From the human T2T-CHM13v2.0 reference genome, Homo sapiens, in assembly GCF_009914755.1 (NCBI RefSeq), contig NC_060929.1: a stretch of 64,000 nt of DNA. One strand, written 5' to 3'. The position numbers and the translations under genes are program-made. Shown piece after piece: positions 1 to 12,305 of the stretch (its first letter is position 1; every line of letters begins with the position of its first letter). A model generated the notes under the pieces. It was given only the letters and a program-made list of their open reading frames with translations, was not told the DNA's origin and ran no database searches.

Positions 1-1799
1 TTGAGCAGAAAGGATCACTTCTTTTTCCTGGCACATAATTTTGCCTCAATCTTCCAGCTCGTGATTGAGTCTTTATGAACAATCCAAGAGATTTTATGTC
101 ATTAAAGACAACACACAATATGTATCACAATCTACAAGACTTCTAGAATTGAACAGATCATTGAAAACCACAGACCTGTAACTTAATATGTGTATTTCAC
201 TTGACATAATAAATGAATAGGAAATACATTTTTTAATATTAAACCCAAAATAGCTCACGGAACACTAAGTTTAATCCTTTTCTAAAGAAAGCATCAAGAT
301 AGTCATGCTGTGATTTCTCTTTGGGCAAATCTGTATCTTTCATATTGTGTAAAGCCTCCTCCTCAGTACATCTTACAGTGAGCTCATGTAAAGAAAGTTG
401 GTTTCCTTATTTAAGTCTTTTGATCCAATATTCAAGATGCTAAATTTGAGAAGTCCTATTTTACTGATGACTCTGAGGAGTAGAGAAGTTCAGTATTCAT
501 CACAATTTTAATCAACTTGCTGGGTCATTTCTTTAAACCAGTAGATGAGCTGACAACGAATCATTTAACAGCATCAATATTCAGATTATTCAGATCAAGA
601 GGCAGAAAAAAAGAGCTTGCTCCCATTGCCATCCATGGTGAAACTATTAAGTCTCTTTCTCATATGAATTTATTTTTAAAGATTATCAGCAGGGCTTCCA
701 GAAAAAGAATTATAAGAGACCCAGGTATTACCAATGCTGCTCTTTCAAGGCCCACACTTTGAATGTGAGGTATTAAGGTAATACAGACATCTTCTTGCTC
801 ATCAACTACTCATTACATTGCCTTCTTTCCTGAGCCCTGAGTTTCCTGTGCTTCCACTCTCAGTCTCTTTTCTGACACATACACACATATGCATATACAC
901 AAACACACATACATGTTGACACACATACTTCTGCTTATCTGATCTGAGTTGTGATTATATGAGGACATTCTAAGTTTTGGGAGATGTCACAACACCTGTG
1001 TTGTTGGTTGAATACTTTCCTGTCACATATAAAAAAATCTGAACTAAACTTTTTTTTAAAACAAAAAGGTTGACAGAACATTTATTAATAAGTTTTGTGA
1101 TTAATTTTATTTTAATAAACTGTCTGAGGTTATTTAGTTATTAATACTCATAAGAAGAACTCTGGAAGTCAATCCGCACATCTTTATTAAGAAGTCAAAC
1201 ACAAGTCTGTGGCCATAAGAATACGGTGTCGCATAAGTAAGCCTAATTCCTCTTACCCTTGAGGCCACCAAGCTGCATTTTCAAATGTATATATTTCTAC
1301 ATTTGTAACGATCACCCTTCCAAATGTAGTGAGTCAGGGAGAAGGATGAATCAAGGATGACTAAATAATAAGAAAGATGGGGGAGGAAAGTGTCCATAAC
1401 AGAGATGTGGCAAAGATGAGGAAGAAAAAGAGCAGATTTTATTAACACTATTGCCTTGGCTATTTTAGCAGAACACAGAGAAGAATCCAAAAAGGACATG
1501 TCTGTTGGCAAACAACTTGGGAGAGAACCAGAAGTGAACCCAGTTGCTTGTGTCATTATTTTGCCTTAGCCTCCAAGAGCCTGAACAGCCCAAGGAGGAC
1601 AAGACAGTCTTGACCTAAGGGAAAGATATGCTTTATTTACAAGAAAACATTAAAAAATCTGTTTTGTACAGGAAACTGTCTAGTTCTTTTCCTATTCACT
1701 GCCCCCAAAGATGACCTATGAAGCTGGAGAAACTGGATTATCGGGAGCCTTGAGCAGCCTTAAGCCCAGGGTGCTAAGGTCACAAAATGGATCACTCTC

Positions 1800-2255
1800 C
1801 CTTTGCTGGCTGGGCTCCAGCCACAGCAGGCTTTTTTGAGCTTATCAAATATACTAAGCTCATTTCAGCTTAGCCCCTGCACTTGGTAATCCCACTGCCT
1901 GCGATACTCTGCCCCTCATTGTGTGCATGGCTGGCACCTTTTCATTCAAGTCTCAGTTTAAATGTCATCTTCTTAAATAAACCTCGTATCTAAAGTATCT
2001 AACTCATCCAACCCTCCCCTGCTGCCTGTTAGTCTGTATCACATGATCTAGTGATATTTTCTTCATAGAGTTTATCACTAGCTTCAAGTTTCATTTTATT
2101 TAGTTGCATATTTGCTTGTTGTCTATCTCTCCCCACTAGCATTTAAATTCCATGAGAATTAGTATAGAATCTGTCTTGTTCGCTATTGTGCCCTCAACAA
2201 AAGGCACTGCCACTAGTACATGAAAGATGTTCCCTAAATATTTGTTGCATGAAAT
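1800..2255 (+). mobile_element. L2 (L2a-like) LINE 3' portion
   Basis: L2 3' motifs: 'aagtctcagtttaaatgtcatcttc', 'ttgtctatctctccccactag..aaattccatgag', terminal 'taaatatttgttgcatgaa'. Boundaries approximate. Confidence 0.75.
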
Positions 2256-2481
2256 AATATATTTTCATTTCACTAAACCTCAACATCCTCATCTATAAAT
2301 AGGACTGATATCACTACTTATAAAGATTATAAAATAAGTGATAAGCAGTAAACACAAATTATGCAGACAATATTCAAGAAGTATTAACTTTTATTATCAC
2401 CATGAATTACAATTTCTACATTATTAACACTGAGAACTAAGTGCCTGGCACAGAGTAGGTTTTCACCAAATGAATGAATGA

Positions 2482-2931
<450 letters not shown>

Positions 2932-4200
2932 CCCGCCCCCCAGCTCCTTTTATGATTCCCTGGACTGTGAATTTCCTGTACCGGATGTCGCAATGCCAAG
3001 CCCTGCCAATTCTGGAAGGCTCTGCTCCTTACACATGTGCCGTTTCAGATTCTTACTATTACTGTATGTTCTGATATCCAGGCTCAGCACTGACAGCTGT
3101 CCTTCTACCCAGGCCATCTGAAGGAGGCTCAAGTGTAGGGCACCTCACTTTATGGCCACCTTTTTTCCCAGCAGTTTTATCCTTGTGACAAGGACCTAAA
3201 ACTGAGCATCAACAGCAGCGGTTGAAAGAGAAGCAAACAAAAGTCAGTGCCATATAGAGGTAACGTGCAGCATAAGAAAAGAAAGTTGGGAAAGGAAATG
3301 TGGTTGCCACACAGTCAGCCACATCTTCCCTATTCCTCTGTAGCAGCTAATTGTATAAGACGTTGATATCTTTTTTATGCCACCTTCTCCCCCGATTTCT
3401 CCACTGGAGCCTCCTGGTGGTGGCAGACCCTGCAGTTTGGGGCAGTCTTGAGTATATGTAACCACAGGAGCAGCTCTTATGTGGGAAGACAGAACACATA
3501 GCCTGGGCAAATGGGGGAGGGCAGATTAGATAAAAACAAGTCCATATCACTAAAACCAACTATTCTGAAAGACAATGACTCGATTGTGTTTTCCCTCTAA
3601 GAAGAAAACAAATACAAAACCTGGCAAATAAACAGTCTAATTATTAAATTCTCTTAGATTTGAGAACCAAGAAGGCCTCTGAAGCCTATTTACCTTTGTT
3701 CTTGTATGTCTGGCACTATTTCTTTTCCTTTTATGAATAAAGAAAATCTGAAATAACACAACATTACCCTTAATCATGTTTGTGCTACAGAAATAACATC
3801 TCCTTGAAATACCAGCCTTTGATTCTATGATGCCCTCACCAAACACCACTTCTTGCCAATAGCTGGATCTTTTCTTTATCAAGGGAGTGTTTGAGGGTTG
3901 GGGATTATTTCTTTGCTCTTCCTTCCAGTCTCCCTTTCTCTTCCTCTAGCCTTGGGATTTGAGATCTGGATATGTAGAGAATATATTTCCTTTTGCTCTC
4001 CAATCTCACAGCAGAGCTGGGATAATAAGAAATGTTTATAAAACTGGCACAAACAAACAAACTGGTTTCTAAAAACTAGAATGTAGGTACCAAGTTGAGC
4101 CCATCATAAGATGATTCTGAATAGTATCACCTTCATGCTACATGATATTTGGTCTTATAAATCTTACATGGCATGCAAACATTCCCAAACTCCTTACTCC

Positions 4201-4417
4201 AAATAATATTTTTATAATTTTATATTTTATAATTTTATAATTTATAATTTATAATATTTTTATAATAGTTTTGGTCATATAGAGTATTGATCATGGATAT
4301 ATATATGTCCATATTGATATCCATATATATATCTCCATATATATGTATCCATATATATATCTCCATATATATATGTATCCATATATATCCATATCTATCT
4401 ATCTGTATGTATGTATA
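4201..4417. repeat. AT-rich (ataatttt)n followed by compound (TA)n/ccat microsatellite-VNTR
   Basis: Repeats visible directly: ataatttt units at 4214-4265, alternating ccatatatatatct/ccatatatatgtat units at 4321-4390. Confidence 0.9.
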
Positions 4418-4425
4418 GCTGCACC

Positions 4426-4615
4426 ATTTAGAGCACACACAGACACAATCACATTTCTAACAATTGTTTTACTTCTTAAGGAATTTTTTTAGGCCTTTTT
4501 AATACACTGAACTGTTTATATTGTCTTCTGATAGGAACTGTTTAGACTGGATTCAAATCGTGGTCAAATTTATACTCTATATTCTTACTCATGTTTGGTC
4601 TCTTTAGGAAAAAAA
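4426..4615 (+). repeat. Dispersed direct duplication, copy A
   Basis: Aligns by eye to 5209-5394 at about 80-88% identity. Confidence 0.9.
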
Positions 4616-5208
4616 TATATACCAAATGCATTGGGTTACAACATCAATGTTTTTCCGTAGTATTACATAGTCTTCAAACATTGTTTAAATGATTGCATTG
4701 TGCCGTATATACTAATAAATACTTTAACAATTCCTTTATAAGTATGTGTTTCTGAGTTATCTCTTTTATTAATTATACCGAAATGAAACTCTTCCTATAT
4801 CTTTTATAATAAATTCTCAGAAATTCAGTAGTCTCATTTATTAGGAGGTGACTTACACCCTTTCTTTACCTTTACTTCATTATTTCTTCCTGTCTTTTCT
4901 CAGAGTTGTGTACCTAACTTAAAAGAAGTCAAGGACATGAGAGCTGTTAGTGGGAAATTACAGTGGCAATGTGCTCCTTTGCCACTCGCCCTTGATAATG
5001 ACCTTCTAATCACATACTGTTTTCAGTCTGCACCCCTCCGCCTCAGAAAACAGGCATTTCTTGTTTCAGCCTTAATGTCTCACATCTTTATTACATTATC
5101 TTTTATTGTGTCAGCCTCTACTTCTTATCTGTAGTCACTCAAGATCTTACCTCAAAGAACCCCCTAATGCTAAAAGGACTTGATATTGTCTGGACTTGGT
5201 GACATACA

Positions 5209-5394
5209 ATTTAGAGTATACACAGACACAAACACATCTCTAACAGTGCTTTACTTCTTAAGGAAAACTGTAAAGCCTTTCTTTAATTCAACTATTTGTA
5301 CTGTCTTCTGGTAGGAATTGTTTAGACTGGATTTAAATTGTGGTCAAATTTGCATTCTATATTCCTACTCATGTTTGGTCTCTTAAGGAAAAAA
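5209..5394 (+). repeat. Dispersed direct duplication, copy B
   Basis: Shares 'tttagactggatt.aaat.gtggtcaaattt' and 'tactcatgtttggtctctt.aggaaaaaa' with copy A, offset about 780 bp. Confidence 0.9.
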
Positions 5395-6623
5395 GAAGTA
5401 ACAACATGACAACCAGTAATTTTCTAATGATCCTAAGTTGAGATCAAAACAAAACAAAGAATAATAATAAACTCTGCCATTTATTGTATTACACTTACTA
5501 GAATTATATGTTTAACTTGAGAGTTACCACCAGTTCACAGAAGATTGCAAATAATTTTTTTTTAAATTGCCTACTTACAAGTTACTTATTTTTCTACAAA
5601 CCAAACAAATACTTTGCAAGTGAATGATGCCAAGATTAGATCATGAAAGTCATAAATTTTGTACAACACAAAGAAAGGATGGCTGCGAGCTGGCTCAATT
5701 GCAGTGTCAGACCAGGCAAATCAAGAAGAAATATTAGAACCATTTTGTTTCTGCACTGAACTTGGAAGAGTCATTTCAAATCAAATGAGCAAACATGCAT
5801 TGAACACCTGCAATGCAACAGGAAATTTGCTAAACACTATGATAGATGTAAAAATAAATATGACTACTTCTGGCCCCAATAAACTCAAACCCAATAAATT
5901 TGTGAATGTTTTCAAAAAAATGGTCCTTGCCTTTAGGAACTTTAAATGAAAACTTCTGGCCAATCCTGCCAAAGAGACTGTTATTCCACTTTTCCATCAT
6001 TTGTTTCTAACAGTCAATGTGCTTGAATTACAGGAGATATGGGTTAACTGGATTAGCTTCTTGGTCATAAAAGTGTTTCTATTATTATTACTAGTTTAGG
6101 CAATGGTCATCACACTTATGAGGTGAAAGAAGGGCTTTTAATCTCCCAGTGTGAGTAGGCTTTGATTCTCAGTACAATAAAAATCACCTATATTCTGCAC
6201 CTTAAAATATGACAAACTAGAGTTTAAAAAAAAATTCTCCCATAAGATACAAATATGTTTTTCAAATATTTATTTTTTAAAATGCACCGCTGAGCTGGTA
6301 AGAACATAAGGGCAATTTTCAAGGGTCAAAACCAAACCAAGGAGCAGACAGAATCCAGGTGGGTAAGCCAGACCTGAAGCCTTGGAGGTTCTGATGATAT
6401 TTACTGATACAAAAATCTAGGACTTTTGAGTTTTTTTAGACACACAGTAGAAAGGTCTGGGCCTAACCAAGCAGTATTCACATAAAGCTAAGACCCACAT
6501 GCTGTACTATACTATAGCCCAGTGAAACTGAGGCTTCCATACCCCAAAAGAAGTTTTCAAAGCAACTTGTCTGTCTTGGCCTTAGCTCTTGATTGGGATG
6601 GGGGAAGAGAGGGAGTAGGCATT

Positions 6624-6821
6624 TTTTTTTTTAATTATTTATTATTATTTTTTTGAGATGGAGTTTCGCTCTTGTTGCCCAGGCTGGAGTGCAATGGCGC
6701 GATCTCGGCTCACCGCAACCTCCGCCTCACCAGTAGCTGGGATTATAGGTATGCACCACCATGCTCGGCTAATTTTGCATTTTTAGTAGAGACAGGGTTT
6801 CTCCATGTTGGTCAGGCTGGT
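6624..6821 (-). mobile_element. 5'-truncated AluSp with internal deletion
   Basis: Sp diagnostics 'gtttcgctcttgttg', 'caatggcgcg', 'gtttctccatgttggtcagg'. TSD ggagtaggcatt at 6612-6623 and 6822-6833. Confidence 0.93.
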
Positions 6822-7012
6822 GGAGTAGGCATTATTTTTGATGGAAAAAGAGAAGTAACTAATTAAGAAAGACACTTCTACTGTGGTCTTTAATTGTACT
6901 GCGAATATTTTATTTCTTTACCTGTATGATGAATAGGAGGGTGATTATTATATTTGTGTGTCTCTAATATCTCTGAATCAAATAAAAAAGCATAAGTAGC
7001 CTGTTACAAATA

Positions 7013-7547
7013 CAGTACTTAACCCTTATTTGCAGTTTTGCCTTCCGCAATTTCAGTTACCCATGCTCAATCACAGCCCAAAAATGTTAAATGGAAAATT
7101 CCAGAAATAAACAACTTATAAGTTTTAAATTGTGCACCATTCTGAGTAGCATGATGAAATCTCCTGCTGTCCTGCCAGGGACATGAGTCATCCCTTTGTC
7201 CAGTGTATTCACACAGTCTACACTACCCACTCCTTAGTCATTTAGAAACCATCTCAGTTATCAGATCAACTGTCAAGGTGTCACTGGGCTTGTGTTTAAA
7301 TAACTCTTATTTTATGCGATAATGGCCTGAAAGCTCATGAATAATGATGCTGGTATATTGTTATAATTGTTCCATTTTATTATTAGTTGTTAATTTCTTA
7401 TTGTGTCTCATTTATAAATTAAACTTTATCACAGGGATGTAGGTATAGGAAAAAACATACTATATGTAGGGTTTGGTACTATTCATAATTTCAAGCATCC
7501 ACTGGGGATCTTGGAATGTATCCCCTATGGAAAAGGGGATGCTATTG
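7013..7547 (+). mobile_element. MER44B-like (TcMar-Tigger7 derivative) DNA transposon, near full length
   Basis: TA target duplications at 7011-7012 and 7548-7549. Degenerate TIRs cagtact..cccttat / aagggg..ctattg. Internal 'aaatggaaaattccagaaataaacaa' and 'catccactgggg.tcttggaa'. Confidence 0.88.
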
Positions 7548-8221
7548 TAAAACCAAAGACATAGATTATTTTTAGATTAAAAAATTCAAGGTATAGCTAA
7601 TTAAATGACAGGTGAGATTAGAATTCCAGCCTCTCAACACCGAATCCCCTGCTCTTTCTGTACTTTTTAAAAAGAGTGTTTCAAGACCTCCCAGAAGTTT
7701 TGTATTTTACTGTGGGATGTGGCTGAGCTCAGTCTCAAGGGTAAGTCATTTTCAGGAAACCTTGTCCCAGACTGGCAAATACTCTGTGTGCTCTTTGGAA
7801 TAGCTCCAAAACAGGCCATCCACTTTGGTACATCTTTGAATACAATAGTCATCCTGGATCTAGATTAGAAAATCCACTAAGAAATGACTCTCTTGTGTTG
7901 GGGTGAAATTTATTGACAGATCCATATGTTTCCTCTGACTATTTAGTTCACAATGACGTTGCCCATTTCTGAATTCTTAGAGCACTTATTATGCATCCTA
8001 ATCACTTAGATACTTAGTTCCATTCTGCATTTAGTAGGTAAATAGGTTATATCTTCAATGTGACTCAAAGTTCCCCCAAAAAAGAGATTTATTTTGCAGT
8101 CCCTACATTGCCAAGAAAATTTAGAATAGGAAGGGATATTATTATCTGCTTGAAACTTCTTATACTACATTTGAGGTAATTTGCCCCTATAAAGTGATTT
8201 GCCCCAAATCACACAGTGTAT

Positions 8222-8683
8222 CTGTCAAAGTGTTAAAACATGACACAACCCAATTAGGATAATTCAAGGAGAGTTTATAATGGAACTGTGTGGATAGGAT
8301 GTAGGGAAACTACATATTATAATGTAGTGCCTCAAGGCTAGTAACAGGTAACTGTGGCCACTCTTAACTGATAAGAATCAGGAGTGTTACCAGAAACTGG
8401 AAGGAGAGGGCTATAATGAAGATGCCTTGAGAGGAAAAAGGATCTTCAGTAAGGAAACTCAGCCATCCCCAAACAAGCTCAAAGAGGGAGATTAGGAGGA
8501 ATAAATAACCTGACATCACTTTTCCATATCCACTCTGGGTACTTCCATTGGTCAAACCCAACTGTAACCTTGAGAACAAAGAAGCCCATTGATAAATCCT
8601 ATAATAGTTACCCTTCTGGAGCCAAGGGCAAGATGAAGGAGGGTGAGGAGATCTAGAAGGAAAAAGCGACAGTATCTAGGACA
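8222..8683 (-). mobile_element. Ancient ERVL solo LTR, LTR33-like
   Basis: 'ccattggtcaaacccaac...agcccattgat...gatctagaagg...tatctaggaca' resembles the reverse complement of the LTR33 5' end as I recall it. Confidence 0.55.
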
Positions 8684-11600
8684 TTTAGCTTTGGCTGGAA
8701 TAGAGGTTTCCTAACTCCAACTTTACTTTCAACCAGGACATAACTCACATTGCTCAAAAAATGCTTAATGAATTGAGCTAAGTTTAACTGACTGAAAGCT
8801 GCCAAACCAGAAGGAAGGTCTGTGTACCTAATGTTGAGTCAGGGCCCAGTGAGGGTGGGTCTCAGACCATCTCCTACTTTCAGAATTGGAATCAGATCCC
8901 GGAACTGTACTCAGAAGCAGATGGGAAACCAGTGTAGTGCCCAGGGCCAAGTGAGTAAATGTTCCAAGCAACCAGACCCACTCAGCATCCTCTTTTGCTA
9001 AACAGTGACACAGCCCAGCATATGGCAGGCTGGACACTGTGTGATGTGTAGGACCAGAGCCAAAGATAGAGCTGGGCTGGTTAAAAGAGACATGTTAGTT
9101 TTGAGAATTTGAGAGTTACAGATGTGGCAGGTTGAGAACATTCAAGAACCATCATATCCTTTTGCCTATGCCCCAGTTAGATGTGAAACTGAACTTCAGA
9201 AGGCAAGAGTGGGATTGAAGGCAGCTTTTCTACACCTCCACTGTAGCAGAGCCCCAGAGTACAAAAGATGAGGAATTCACCTTTTGGGACGGTGAAAAGT
9301 TTGCAACCAGGAATGAGATACCAATTAATCCAATATGAACAAAAGATTCTTCCCCAGACCAATCATCAGACTGAAAACACTGGCATTCATGGACCAAGAC
9401 AAGAACAATGGTGGGGACATTTAAGGTTGATCTAGTAGATGTTTCTCTTTTCTTCTCAAATCTGTGGCCAACACTAACATGTCTATTATTCCTCTTACAT
9501 ATCCCTTGCTGAGCTATTACGATAATCAAGTGAAACACTGAAATAGCACTTTGTAAATCATAGGGCTCCCTACATGACACTTATTACTATTACCCATTGA
9601 GGGCTGCCTAAGGGTCCCAGGAAGGGAGACCTATTTCCACCCCTCACTTTGGCTACTATCCTGGAGGAAGATTCCATTGCTGAAGTCTACATTACAAAGA
9701 GAGTTTTGCCATTGCCATTGGGTGGATAAGGTGATGGTGAGTGTCTTCTCAGGAGCCCCAGCTGATTTTTGGGTCAGCCTCCTCCTTTTCATTCCAGGAA
9801 CTAGGAGCCAGAAGCAGATGAAACTTGACTAATGACCAAGAGAGGTTAGAGAAGGCTGGGAAAAAGTATTTTCTTGCTGCTTCTTCTACCCAGCAAGGCA
9901 AGAAGATAGACCCTGTTACTGAAGAATCAGTAGAAGCAGGACAATCAGGACTCTGGGAAATCCTTGGAGAAATCTCAAGGGAGGAAAGAAAATCCTGGAA
10001 CAGAATAACACATTGATATTAACTACTCTCTGATTAACAGCTAATTATTGCAAATGAGTTTACTGACCTTTTCCCTGATGATTAGGAGAGTGCTGCCATC
10101 ACAAAGCTGTTAAGCCATGGTATAGGGCTGCGCTGAGCAAACCTGGAGGGTAGGACTTTCCCAAGGAACCAGGGATACCTGGGCAAAATGACCAAGGATA
10201 TCCCAGGAGGGCAGCCAGAGAAACGTGCCCACTGTGGGCCTGAGGGGGTGTCTATGTTGGACTGGCCAAGCTGACTGAGCAGGTTGTTGGAGATTTGGAT
10301 ACATGGGCCAAAGAAAATAGAATATCCTCATGTGTTATCTTATTTCACTACCTACTAACAGTATGGAATTATCTATATGTTAGTTTTAAGAATTCAAATG
10401 TCATATTAAGTTTTCTGAAATCAAATTCTATCAAATAATCCAACAAAACATGTAATTGCCTCTTTGTTAGGGGAAAAAAATTGTCCAGGATGGCTTAGGA
10501 TATGGTTTTCAAACTGCAATATATAGGTATGTGGCAGTGCAGTGATCTAGAAGCCAATGCAGTGTGTGTGGCATATATTTTTAGAATATAAATTTTATCT
10601 AATATTTGAAAGAGGAAGAAATTATTTTCATTTAAAACACACACACACAAGTGCATTAATAAGAGGAGGTCAAAATTCTCTTTTGTTTTTAAGATAAAAC
10701 ATGAGGCTTCAAAGACTTTTTTCTTCCTTGTAGCAAGCTACTTTAAATAACACACAGACCCACACACCCTGGGGTCTGCTCTCCATATGCAGCTACTGTG
10801 AGTACTTGGGTAAGAAATTCTGGTGACACACAGCCTTATGTGAAAGCAGAGGGATAAGAAGTAGAAACAGCTGTAAGGTCTTTTACAAATCTAGAAACTG
10901 AAGACTAAAAAACACATGAGTCATATTAATTTTTTTGGTACACTTTATTTAATATTTAACATTTGTATGGCAATATCCTAGATACTAAGGCAAAGTTAAA
11001 ACTGAATGGTATGTAATTCAGTTGCAAGTCTTCCAGTTTATGAATCAAACCACATTAAGCGGAGTAGTATAGGTTCTTGCTTCCCTCTCTTCTTCCTGCC
11101 ACACTGCCTCCCCACACTGCCTTCCATCCCAGATACCAACTGAAAAAACTTTCACTCATAAACTATCCTAATTGTTTGTTATTCCAGCAATGACACTGAA
11201 TCAGTCATCATTTTGGAGAAGAGTGTGACTCCCAAATATTTTGTCATTTCCTATGATTTACAATGAAATTATGATCTGTTCCACCTCAGAAGGTTACATT
11301 GTTCATCACAAAAGGCACCTTGTAAATGGAAAGCAGTAGGAGTCAGAGAGAGGCCAAGGCTGAGCAGCAGGCAGCTGGGTGCTCTGCATTCCACTATCTT
11401 GGAGGAGTGACTGAGGCCACAGCCCTCGATTGTAGACAGTAGGTTTTACTTTATGTTATTATTAGTTCCCTCTTCTCACTTGGTATATGTTAGAAACATG
11501 AAAGTTGAAAATTTGGCAGAGGCAGGGGTGGGGGAAGAAAGGTAATAATGTTAAGGAAAAATGCCTTCTAACAGAATTTCCAGAGAGAAAATAGGAAGAT

Positions 11601-12084
11601 GTAGCCAGCAGCAAGAGAATCCTTCCCTTCCCAGTTCGGCTCAAGATTTTGTAGCCACAAATCTTCCTCAAATCAAAGCTTCCTATCATCAGGAATTCCA
11701 AGGCTTCGTGATAATAAAAAGGACCTCACAAAAAAATACTATACAAGACGTTCTTTCTTTGGAATAATTTCCTGGAGTATTCAAATCAAAGTGCTAGGGG
11801 AACATTTCAGAGATTTCCTAGGATATGATAGTGTTTTTCCAATAGAAAACAACATATCATATAGCAAGTCAGTCACATCTTCATGATGCCAAGACATGGT
11901 TGAAGTTTTTGGGAAAACAGTAGATAGTATTTCTGCTCCATGTTAACCATGAAGCAATTAAAAAAAATACTGAGGTTTTTCCCCCAGAGATAGCCAAGCA
12001 AAATCTTATTTCTTAGAATGATATAATTCTATTGTTCACTGAATCATTTCACACCAATGGCCATACTGGAGAAAATGACATGTA

Positions 12085-12305
12085 TTCTAGAATTAGATTG
12101 CCCCAGTCCCACTACTTCTTAGTTATGTGACAACAGATTAAATTTTTTAATCTATTTGTGCCTGAGTTTGTTTAGCTGTAAAATAGGGAAAAGACCATAG
12201 ACCAACCTCACTCAATAGGTTGTTGTGATGATTAAATGAGGTAATACATGGAAAACACTTAGCACTGTGCTTAAGTGCCAAATAATTAATTATTATGATT
12301 ATGAT
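12085..12305 (+). mobile_element. MIR SINE
   Basis: MIR core 'tgtgcctgagtttg..agctgtaaaataggg', 'gattaaatgaggtaatacatggaaaacacttagcac'. Confidence 0.8.

Noticed and set aside
7674-7746. Strong donor AGG/GTAAGT at 7740/7741
   Set aside because: No convincing upstream acceptor (A-rich aaaaag). Isolated donors are common.
9268-9435. ATG-initiated ~55-codon plus-strand frame (MRNSPFGTVK…)
   Set aside because: No recognisable homology, weak donor, and a length expected by chance.
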